Shown here: one piece after another, positions 56,430 through 64,000 of the stretch
Layout of the letters: every line of letters starts with the position of its first letter
Numbering within the stretch: position 1 is the stretch's first letter
Assembly (NCBI GenBank): GCA_009873655.1
Contig: WAIB01000004.1
Location: forward strand, 10,939 to 74,938
Direction: 5' to 3'
DNA length: 64,000 bases
From: Nitrospinota bacterium
Lineage (GTDB): Bacteria; Nitrospinota; Nitrospinia; Nitrospinales; VA-1
Made by a program: the position numbers and the translations under genes
Notes under the pieces: model-generated
Told to the model about the DNA's origin: nothing
The model's database searches: none
The model's input: only the letters and a program-made list of their open reading frames with translations

Positions 56430-57401
56430 TTATTTTCCCCAAGCTGGCACCAGGGAACGCGGCGGTTTATCCTGTAAAACGTCCAAAACGTTATCGGCCA
56501 CAAGATCGGCCATTGTATTTCTCGTTTCATGGCTGGCACTGCCGATATGGGGCAGCAGCATCAGGTTTTCCAGTTGGGTCATTCCTTCGGTAAGGGCGGG
56601 TTCGTTCTCATAAACATCCAGTGCCGCTCCCGCAATTTTTCCTTCTTTTAAAACTTCCACCAGCGCATTATCATCCACCACTTTTCCCCGTGCGGTATGG
56701 ATAAAATAAGCGGTGGGTTTCATCATCAACAACTGGTCTTTCCCGATCATGTATTTTGTCTGTTCCGTTAGTGGAACATGGACGGTAACAAAATCGGACT
56801 CCTTTAACAGGTTGTCGAGGGAAGAACATTCTGCGTTCAGTTCCCTCTCTTTTTCTTCAGACATGCGATTACGGTTGCAATACAGGACTCTCATATTGAA
56901 CCCGGCTGCCCGTCTAGCCACCGCGGCGCCAATTTCACCACAACCGACCACTCCCAGCGTCTTGCCAAAAACATCTCCTCCCAAATACATGTCGGCGGCC
57001 CAGCCCTCGAATCTGTTTTCGCGGGTATAGCGGTCTGCCGGGACAATATTTCGTGCCGTTCCCAGGATCATGGCCCAGGTCAAGTCGGCCGTCGTCTCGT
57101 GCAGCACTCCGGGTGTATTGGAAACCCAGATATTCCTGCCTGCAGCGTGGGGTACGTCAATATTATTGAATCCGGCCCCATAATTGGCGATGAGTTTTAA
57201 ATTTAGCCCTTTATCTATAATGCCTGAATCGATTCTGTCCGATAAGTAGGTGACCATGACAACGCTTTCGGAGGCGATTTTCTCCAAATCTGAAGCGGAA
57301 GGCGTTTTTTCAGTCTGATTGGTCCTTAAATCGCAATGCGGGCTTAATTTTTCCAAAGCTTTTTCAGGAAAAAGATTGGTGACAGTGACAACCGGCTTCA
57401 C
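56430..57401 (-). CDS. D-isomer-specific 2-hydroxyacid dehydrogenase (glyoxylate/hydroxypyruvate reductase-like)
   Basis: It has the NAD loop GVVGCGEIGAAVARR and the catalytic R...E...H context (HTARG, PHIGSAS). Confidence 0.85.
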   Translation of the reverse strand: MKPVVTVTNLFPEKALEKLSPHCDLRTNQTEKTPSASDLEKIASESVVMVTYLSDRIDSGIIDKGLNLKLIANYGAGFNNIDVPHAAGRNIWVSNTPGVLHETTADLTWAMILGTARNIVPADRYTRENRFEGWAADMYLGGDVFGKTLGVVGCGEIGAAVARRAAGFNMRVLYCNRNRMSEEKERELNAECSSLDNLLKESDFVTVHVPLTEQTKYMIGKDQLLMMKPTAYFIHTARGKVVDDNALVEVLKEGKIAGAALDVYENEPALTEGMTQLENLMLLPHIGSASHETRNTMADLVADNVLDVLQDKPPRSLVPAWGK

Positions 57402-57462
57402 TCTGAATCATCCTTTCAAAATAATCTGTGGTAAAATAAAAGCCTGATTCTAAAGGAAAAAG

Positions 57463-58893
57463 TTGTTCAATCCCATGAAAATTTTATTCCTCGTCCCACC
57501 CGAAACCATTTCCCTTGAATCCTCAGTGCCGAAGGCACTCGAAGGCGGCAAAGGGTATTACCCGAAACTGGGGATGCTCTATGTAGCGGCTTATTATGAG
57601 CAGGAAACAGGCAATCGGCCTGATTTCATCGATTGTCCCCCTGAAAATGTTTCCCAGGAAGAATTATTGAAACGGGTCAGGGAAATAAAACCCGATATGG
57701 TCGCAATGAGCATTATGACCTTCAACCTGTTGGATGCTTTACACACCGCCCGCGTGCTCAAGCAGGAACACCCCCATATGAAAATTTGTCTCGGGGGGCC
57801 GCATGTGAATTTGTATCCAAAAGAAACGCTGCATCAACCTGAAATCGATTATGTGGTGTTTGGTGAAGGGGAAAAGATTTTCACACGCCTGATTCAGGCA
57901 CTGGAAAAGGGAGGCTCCCTGGAATCTATCAACGGCCTGGGCTACAAAATAAACGGGGAGGAACATGTCAACCCCGCGGAAACGGAACTGCTCGACTTAA
58001 ATGAATTGCCCTTCCCCGCCCGGCACCTGGTCGATATCAGCAGCTACAATCATATCATTGGAGAGGGCAGACAGTTTTTTACCATTCAGGCGACACGGGG
58101 TTGCCCGGCGGCTTGTTCGTTTTGCGATATTCGCAAGACCAAGTTTCGCATACGAAGCCCGGAAAACGTGGTCGATGAAATTGAAGAACTCGCGGAAAGG
58201 GGTGTCGACGACCTGTTTTTCGTGGACGACACCATTACGATCGACAAGAAAAATGTCCTGGCCATCTGCGATCTTATCGTTAAGCGCGGCATAAAAATCC
58301 ATTTTAAAATTTCTGCTCGCGTCGACACCATCAATGAAGAAGTCATCGCGGCTTTGAAAAAAGCAGGTTGCTATCGCATCCATTTCGGAATCGAATCAGC
58401 CAGTCCAAAGCACCTGAAATACCTGCAAAAGGGACAAACCCCTGAAAAAGTAGAGCGCGCCTGCAAAATGACCCGTGATGCGGGAATCGGGTTCTTCGCT
58501 TACATGATGATCGGCATTCCTCATGAGACAAAAGAAGAAATGTTCGAAACCGTGGATTTTGCCAAAAAGTTAAAACCCGATTATGCCCAGTTTTCTATTT
58601 GCACCCCTTACCCAAAAGTGGAACTTTATTATCAGATGTTGCAGGAGGGAATCGTTCCGGAAGATTATTGGCAGGAATTTGCGGAAAACCCAAGTCCAGA
58701 TTTCAAAATCAAATTCTGGAACAAAGACTTTACCGAAGAAGAATTGCGGACCCTGCAGGACGAGTGTCACGCCCGGTTCTATCGCAGCCCCACCTACTTG
58801 ATGAAACAGGTCACCAAACTGAGATCCTGGTCGGATTTCACCGCCAAAGCCCGAATGGGAACCCGGATTCTCACCAACCGTTTGGGAATTTAA
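57463..58893 (+). CDS. B12-binding-domain radical SAM protein (substrate unknown)
   Basis: It has an N-terminal cobalamin-binding-like domain and the radical-SAM cluster motif GCPAACSFCD. TTG 57463 has AAGGA 4 nt upstream; an alternative ATG start lies at 57475. Confidence 0.8.
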   Translation: MFNPMKILFLVPPETISLESSVPKALEGGKGYYPKLGMLYVAAYYEQETGNRPDFIDCPPENVSQEELLKRVREIKPDMVAMSIMTFNLLDALHTARVLKQEHPHMKICLGGPHVNLYPKETLHQPEIDYVVFGEGEKIFTRLIQALEKGGSLESINGLGYKINGEEHVNPAETELLDLNELPFPARHLVDISSYNHIIGEGRQFFTIQATRGCPAACSFCDIRKTKFRIRSPENVVDEIEELAERGVDDLFFVDDTITIDKKNVLAICDLIVKRGIKIHFKISARVDTINEEVIAALKKAGCYRIHFGIESASPKHLKYLQKGQTPEKVERACKMTRDAGIGFFAYMMIGIPHETKEEMFETVDFAKKLKPDYAQFSICTPYPKVELYYQMLQEGIVPEDYWQEFAENPSPDFKIKFWNKDFTEEELRTLQDECHARFYRSPTYLMKQVTKLRSWSDFTAKARMGTRILTNRLGI

Positions 58894-59429
58894 AATATTC
58901 CAGTGGGTTTGCCATCAATACTGACTTGATTTTTTTCTTCCCAATAATTTTTCACCCCTTCTTCACCCAGTTTTTCAGACCAATTAATCAGTTCTTCCCG
59001 GTCTTCTTTATAACTGTAGTTGGGAACCGCAAATCCACAGGATGTCTGAACAGAATCTATGTCGAGTAAAAATATTTGGCGGGAGCCGGGGTATTTGGGG
59101 AATAAAGTAATTTGTTCCTCCCATTCCGCATCCCTGGGGTGGATGGCTCTGGCTTTTCCATAAACCCTTAAAATTAGCGGGTTTCCTTCAAATGCGCAGA
59201 ACATGAGAGTCATGCGAGACTGTTCCAGAAGGTGGGCTGCGGTTTCATTGCCACTGCCCGTAAGATTAAGCCATATCACCTGATGGTCATTTAAGATTCG
59301 CAGGCTATCCATTCCCTTGGGCGATAGATTTACACGGCCCTCGTTGCCTGCCGTACCCACAAAAAATATTTTTTGCGCCCTAACGAATTCCTGCAATTTC
59401 TCATTCAGTCTTGTATAGAATTTACTCAA
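58890..59429 (-). CDS. Pyridoxamine 5'-phosphate oxidase family (FMN-binding split-barrel) protein
   Basis: The size and the N-terminal pattern FFVGTAGNEGRVNLSPKG are consistent with the PNPOx-like family. Its stop overlaps the radical SAM gene stop by 4 nt (convergent). Confidence 0.6.
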   Translation of the reverse strand: MSKFYTRLNEKLQEFVRAQKIFFVGTAGNEGRVNLSPKGMDSLRILNDHQVIWLNLTGSGNETAAHLLEQSRMTLMFCAFEGNPLILRVYGKARAIHPRDAEWEEQITLFPKYPGSRQIFLLDIDSVQTSCGFAVPNYSYKEDREELINWSEKLGEEGVKNYWEEKNQVSIDGKPTGIF

Positions 59430-59599
59430 AGTTATACAAACCTCGCTTTCCCTAAAATATGAATTAAAGTAAAATTTAGAAAGATAATAGGTTAGCCAAA
59501 ACCTCCGAAAGGGATCCGGTAACAGTTTTTCTGCCTATAAATTGATCCTTAAATATTTGAAACTAAAACCATGCTATCACCCACAAAAATTTTTTCAAA

Positions 59600-60238
59600 A
59601 TGATTAAAATAAACGAAATCTATTTAAGCGTCCAGGGAGAATCCTCTCATACGGGGCTTCCCTGTGTTTTTATCAGGCTGACGGGTTGCAACCTTAGATG
59701 CTCCTGGTGCGACACCGCCTATGCTTTTCATGAAGGAAAAAATATGAGCATAGATGAGATCCTCGGGAAAGTGAGTGGTTTTGGAGTCAGCCTGGTCGAA
59801 ATCACCGGCGGCGAACCTCTGATGCAGGACAGCGTGTACCCTTTAATGGAAAAACTAATTGAAAAGGGACACCGTGTCATGCTTGAAACAGGAGGCTCTA
59901 TCTCGCTTGAAAGAGTCCCGAAAGAGGTTATAAAAATCATGGATTTGAAATGTCCCGGCAGTGGGGAACAGGAAAAAAACCATCTGGAAAACTTGAAACT
60001 CCTATCTCCCGATGATGAAGTTAAATTCGTAATTCTGGACAGGAAAGATTATGAATGGAGTCGTGACCTTATAAAAAAACACAAGATCAACGAAACGGCG
60101 CATATTTTACTTTCTCCTGTTTTTGAAAAACTGGACTTAAAGGACCTGGTCAAATGGATGCTTGAAGACCGGCTTCCTGTTCGGCTGCAAACCCAGCTGC
60201 ACAAAATAATTTGGGATAAAAACACGATAGGGGTATAG
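59600..60238 (+). CDS. queE: 7-carboxy-7-deazaguanine synthase
   Basis: INEIYLSVQGES, the radical SAM motif GCNLRCSWCDT and ITGGEPL are present. Confidence 0.85.
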   Translation: MIKINEIYLSVQGESSHTGLPCVFIRLTGCNLRCSWCDTAYAFHEGKNMSIDEILGKVSGFGVSLVEITGGEPLMQDSVYPLMEKLIEKGHRVMLETGGSISLERVPKEVIKIMDLKCPGSGEQEKNHLENLKLLSPDDEVKFVILDRKDYEWSRDLIKKHKINETAHILLSPVFEKLDLKDLVKWMLEDRLPVRLQTQLHKIIWDKNTIGV

Positions 60239-60293
60239 CCTTCATTTGGGGGGAAATCCCCGCTCCTCTGACAAACGAAGTTTTCCTTTCAAA

Positions 60294-61373
60294 ATGTTCT
60301 CACCTGGTAAAATCAACCATTTTCATTCGCAATTATTAAACTGGTTTGCCCGCCAAAAAAGGGAAATGCCATGGCGGAAAAATCTCGATCCCTATCGGAT
60401 TCTGGTTTCCGAGTTTATGCTGCAGCAAACTCAGGTCAAGACGGTTATTCCCTATTTCAACAAATGGATGAGGTCCTTTCCCACCGTTAAAAGGCTGGCC
60501 GCCGCAAAGGAATCGGATGTTTTGAAACATTGGGAAGGGTTAGGATACTATTCACGTGCGCGGAACCTGCTGAGGTCGGCAATTCAAATCCAGAATGACC
60601 ATTCCGGAAAGGTTCCGGATACATTCCAAGAAATGATGAGGCTGCCAGGGGTCGGGCGTTATACCGCAGGAGCTGTTCTAAGCATTGCCTTCGATCAAAA
60701 AGTTCCCGTTTTGGATGGAAATGTTAAGCGGGTTCTCTCTCGATTGATGTTGTTAAATGAAAATGGAAGTAATAAAAAATCAGAAACCCGGCTCTGGGAA
60801 ACGATGGAAAGCCTGCTTCCCGATAAAAGTTGTGGAGATTTCAATCAGGCATTCATGGAGTTGGGTGCCACTGTCTGCCTTCCCCAAAACCCCCTTTGCG
60901 AAGAATGCCCTCTAAAAAAACTGTGTAAAGCAAAATTATCGGGCAAACAGGAGTTATATCCCCCCAAAAAAACAGCCGCTAAAATATCCAAAATTAAGGT
61001 GAGCGCCGCCGTTATATTTAGAAAAGGTCATGTTTATATTCAAAAGCGCAAAGGGAAAGGGTTGATGGGGGGACTTTGGGAATTCCCCGGCGGTAAAAGG
61101 GAAGCGGGGGAAACAGAAGAGGAATGCCTTCGCAGAGAAATAAAAGAAGAGTTGGGGGTCAACATTCGAATTGGAGAAAAAATAGTGACGCATCGGCACA
61201 GCTATACCCGCTTTAGAGTCACGCTCGATGTTTTTCAATGCCGGATCCATTCAGGAAAACTTTCTCCCACCGAATGTGATGAATGGAAATGGGTAAAACC
61301 CGAAGAACTTGACCAATTTCCCTTCCCTGCGGCAAATGTTAAAATTATAAAGTTGCTGAATAAAAATACCTGA
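60294..61373 (+). CDS. mutY: A/G-specific adenine DNA glycosylase MutY
   Basis: It has LPWRKNLDPYRILVSEFMLQQTQV, the HhH LPGVGRYTAGAV, the 4Fe-4S loop C..C..C....C and a NUDIX-like C-terminus (GLWEFPGGK). ATG 60294 is preferred; the ORF track starts at TTG 60246. Confidence 0.85.
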   Translation: MFSPGKINHFHSQLLNWFARQKREMPWRKNLDPYRILVSEFMLQQTQVKTVIPYFNKWMRSFPTVKRLAAAKESDVLKHWEGLGYYSRARNLLRSAIQIQNDHSGKVPDTFQEMMRLPGVGRYTAGAVLSIAFDQKVPVLDGNVKRVLSRLMLLNENGSNKKSETRLWETMESLLPDKSCGDFNQAFMELGATVCLPQNPLCEECPLKKLCKAKLSGKQELYPPKKTAAKISKIKVSAAVIFRKGHVYIQKRKGKGLMGGLWEFPGGKREAGETEEECLRREIKEELGVNIRIGEKIVTHRHSYTRFRVTLDVFQCRIHSGKLSPTECDEWKWVKPEELDQFPFPAANVKIIKLLNKNT

Positions 61374-61379
61374 ATAGCC

Positions 61380-62510
61380 ATGTCACCCGGAACAAAAGCG
61401 ATTTCCATAGGAGCCGTCACAAACCTTTTCCTTTCCCTTATCAAATTGATTGGGGGATATTTTGGTAACAGCATGGCCCTTGTTGCTGATGGCATCCATT
61501 CTTTATCCGACCTGATTACAGATGCCGTTGTTTATTTTTCCCATGGAGTGGGACAATTACCGCCAGACAGAAACCACCCTTATGGACATGGTCGAGCAGA
61601 GACAATAGGAACCACTGTAGTTGGCCTTCTCATTATTTTCACTGGCCTGGGAGTCGCTTACGAATCCTGGGAAACAATATTTCAGACCATCGAAAAAGTC
61701 CCGGGTGCATTGGCGGCCGGTATCGCTTTCCTGTCTATCATTATCAATGAGGGTTTATACCAGTACACCCTCAAAATCGGTAAATCAACTAACAGTCCGT
61801 CTTTGATTGCGAATGCATGGCACCATCGGACCGATGCGATTTCTTCCATTGCCGCTTTGGTTGGCATACTGGGTGCCTGGAACGGTTTCTTCATTTTAGA
61901 CCCTCTTGCAGGTGGACTGGTTGGGTTGATGGTCTGCAAGGTGGGATTTGATTTTTCCAGCAAAGGATTTCGGGATTTAATGGACACCGGTTTAAATGAA
62001 GAGAATATGGAAATGATTTTCAAAATTCTGAATGAAATTCCCGAAGTTCTCCAATTTCACGATTTACGATCACGTACCATCGGTGGAGAGGTTTTAATAG
62101 ATGTCCATATCCTGGTAAATCCGGAAATGACCGTCACTGAAGGGCACCAGGTAGCGGAAGAGGTAAGAAGAAAAATAATTAAAGACTTTAATAATGTGCA
62201 GGACGTTCTGGTACATGTCGATGGTGAACACGATGCCGAGTTTGACAACCTTTACAATGTGACACGAAAAGAAATAACGGAAATCATAAATCCGATTATT
62301 GAAAGTCTTGGTGGAGTGCGGCCCGATCCCGAATTCCGGATACATCATGGAAATGGGAGAATAACCGTCGACCTCTTTTTGCAAATGAGCGGGGACCGGG
62401 AAATGAAAGAAGCGGAAAAACTGATGGGTGAAGTGAAATCTCGATTGGAAGCAACCTCTAAAATCGAAAAGGCAAGGGTTTTTCTTGATTTAAATTTGGA
62501 ATTCGATTAG
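61380..62510 (+). CDS. Cation diffusion facilitator (CDF) family transporter with extended C-terminal domain
   Basis: It has 6 TM segments and metal-site motifs HSLSDLITD and HHRTDAISS. A cytoplasmic CTD is followed by a further ~80 aa. Confidence 0.8.
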   Translation: MSPGTKAISIGAVTNLFLSLIKLIGGYFGNSMALVADGIHSLSDLITDAVVYFSHGVGQLPPDRNHPYGHGRAETIGTTVVGLLIIFTGLGVAYESWETIFQTIEKVPGALAAGIAFLSIIINEGLYQYTLKIGKSTNSPSLIANAWHHRTDAISSIAALVGILGAWNGFFILDPLAGGLVGLMVCKVGFDFSSKGFRDLMDTGLNEENMEMIFKILNEIPEVLQFHDLRSRTIGGEVLIDVHILVNPEMTVTEGHQVAEEVRRKIIKDFNNVQDVLVHVDGEHDAEFDNLYNVTRKEITEIINPIIESLGGVRPDPEFRIHHGNGRITVDLFLQMSGDREMKEAEKLMGEVKSRLEATSKIEKARVFLDLNLEFD

Positions 62511-62515
62511 TTTTT

Positions 62516-63613
62516 TCAACCTGCCACGGACATTTTCTTAAGAGTATCCCCGTCCCATTCATATTGGATTCGGGACCTTCCCTTATACAGCCCCTTTTGA
62601 TATGCATGGCCGTAAATCAGGGGCAGGGAAACACTGGGCTCAACAAATGCCATGCAGTGATTTGCCTGTTTATTCACCTTGCCCCAGGACTGGGCTTCCC
62701 CCAGGGTGCTTCCACTGAGCCCTCCCCAATGAGGCGAATCGGTTGTAACCTGTACGGCGTATTTGTGGCCTCCCGTATCCTCACCAAAGATATACGCCAT
62801 CACGATAGAATCGTTGATGTAGTTTTTGGGTACCCCACCGGCCACGTAAAATCCAGCCGTTCGGGAAGAATTCACCACAATCTGGGTCAACTCATAATTA
62901 TCACGAATGGAGTCGATAGCAATGGGCTGGCGCCCTTCTTTCCGACTGTTGTAATAATGTTCGGTAAGCCCTATTCCAATACTGGAATCGTTGATGGCAG
63001 GGCAGAAAACAGGGATATTGTTTTTACGGGCCGTTGCCAGAATGGACTGTTCATCATCAATGGTTTCAGAAAGCAGGGCAATGAATTCCCTGCTTGAATA
63101 ATTTCTGGGCTCCAGCTTGTCGGCAAATTTCCCAATCAAGGTATCGTCTTCGCAGAAAAGTTCTTCATCCACATAAGTGTCATAGATCCGGTTAATAAAG
63201 AGTTCGCGAAGCTTGGTATCGTCCGCGTTGGGGCTTCCGTAATAATGGCCCCCGCCCAGGGCGTTGTAGTAATCCTGATAAAGAACGGCACCCGTGGAAA
63301 CAATGACATCCACCATATTGTTATAAACCATATCCCGAATCACTTTTCTTAAACCGGCTGCGATCAGGGGTCCGGCAAGTCCCAGCATTATTGTAGGGCG
63401 TTCTTTATCCTGCAGCATTTTTCCAAAAATCCGGGCGCATTGACCCAGGTTCCTGGCCTGGATAGAAGCAGATTGAAATGATTCAACCAGGTCTCCCACC
63501 TCATTGATGTTCTCAAAATCGACTGGGGAAATTCGGGTTTGAAGGATTTCCTTCTTTTGATTCTTTTTTCCCTCATCCAAAGGTTCGGGAATCAGAGAAT
63601 CCTTATAAGCCAT
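62516..63613 (-). CDS. Deoxyhypusine synthase-like protein (bacterial DHS homologue; possible homospermidine synthase-type enzyme)
   Basis: The length and motifs typical of the DHS family are present (MLGLAGPLIAAGLR, VDVIVSTGA, GGGVPKN-like AGGVPKNYI, WGK near the position of the eukaryotic catalytic Lys). Confidence 0.8.
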   Translation of the reverse strand: MAYKDSLIPEPLDEGKKNQKKEILQTRISPVDFENINEVGDLVESFQSASIQARNLGQCARIFGKMLQDKERPTIMLGLAGPLIAAGLRKVIRDMVYNNMVDVIVSTGAVLYQDYYNALGGGHYYGSPNADDTKLRELFINRIYDTYVDEELFCEDDTLIGKFADKLEPRNYSSREFIALLSETIDDEQSILATARKNNIPVFCPAINDSSIGIGLTEHYYNSRKEGRQPIAIDSIRDNYELTQIVVNSSRTAGFYVAGGVPKNYINDSIVMAYIFGEDTGGHKYAVQVTTDSPHWGGLSGSTLGEAQSWGKVNKQANHCMAFVEPSVSLPLIYGHAYQKGLYKGRSRIQYEWDGDTLKKMSVAG

Positions 63614-63653
63614 GGGTCACTCCATCACAATTTGACGTTTGAAACCCGGTATT

Positions 63654-64000
63654 TTAATACCGGGAACACAAATCCTTAGAATGGTTTTTGGTGTCTACGT
63701 TTTCGATACTCTCTAAAATTTTTCCATCTTCGCCAATCACATAACTTATCCGTGCGGCATATTGATCCTCTTTACTATTCACAGCGTGATAGCTTAAGGC
63801 GATCTCTCTATTTACATCACAAAGCAATGGGTAGGGAAAAGAAAATTTTTCAGCGAATGCCTTATTATCATTTTCATTGTCGAGGCTCACCCCAAAAATC
63901 TGAATACCTTTCTCTTCAAATTTTTTGAAATCATCTCTGAACCCTTGCCCTTCCATGGTACACCCCGGAGTATCTGCCTTGGGGTAAAACCAGAGCACTA
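63654..64000 (-). CDS. bcp: Thioredoxin-dependent peroxiredoxin (Bcp-type), 5' end beyond the window
   Basis: It has the peroxidatic motif WFYPKADTPGCT. The ORF is still open at the window end. Confidence 0.8.
   Translation of the reverse strand, partial: VLWFYPKADTPGCTMEGQGFRDDFKKFEEKGIQIFGVSLDNENDNKAFAEKFSFPYPLLCDVNREIALSYHAVNSKEDQYAARISYVIGEDGKILESIENVDTKNHSKDLCSRY

Noticed and set aside
1-64000. A scan for CRISPR arrays, tRNA/rRNA genes, transposases, integrases, toxin-antitoxin pairs or known defence-system genes.
   Set aside because: I found no regularly spaced direct repeats with unique spacers, no cloverleaf candidates and no ORF with recombinase, nuclease or defence-type motifs. 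The only repeats are the ones reported above.

Overview
The window is a 64 kb stretch of bacterial chromosome, about 90% coding and dominated by housekeeping genes. I could not identify the lineage. The envelope genes (Slt, RodA, a BamE-like lipoprotein, a LolD/FtsX-type ABC system) point to a Gram-negative organism, and a NarK-type nitrate/nitrite transporter is present. Recognisable blocks are scpB-rluB, cysS, cysD-cysN (sulfate activation), pcm, recJ-rnhB, the conserved ffh-rpsP-KH-rimM-trmD-rplS operon, queC and queE at separate sites, moaB, rluD, rodA-rng, ychF and mutY. I found no tRNA or rRNA genes, CRISPR arrays, transposases, integrases or recognisable defence genes. The points most worth a second look are:
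- A 0.93 kb AT-rich gene-free gap (48851-49781) holds four matches to the relaxed DnaA-box consensus, two of them forming an inverted pair. It also has iteron-like repeats and sits where gene orientation appears to switch, so it is a candidate oriC with no dnaA nearby.
- Two gene 3' ends are duplicated just downstream of their own stop codons (cysN tail and queC tail), and the copies differ only at third codon positions.
- An RsrA-like zinc anti-sigma mini-ORF upstream of msrB is split by an in-frame TAG.
- A visibly AT-richer PAS-kinase/response-regulator pair is inserted between rnhB and rplS. The regulator carries an uncharacterised Cys/His C-terminal module.
- A membrane-anchored TPR-cupredoxin fusion has a complete type-1 copper ligand set.
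- A secreted His/Met-rich protein is present.
- CysN carries a degenerate APS-kinase-like tail.
- An aldo/keto-reductase C-terminal remnant is fused in frame to a ychJ-like gene.
All calls rest on reading the supplied translations and the DNA by eye. No database search or numerical composition analysis was run.
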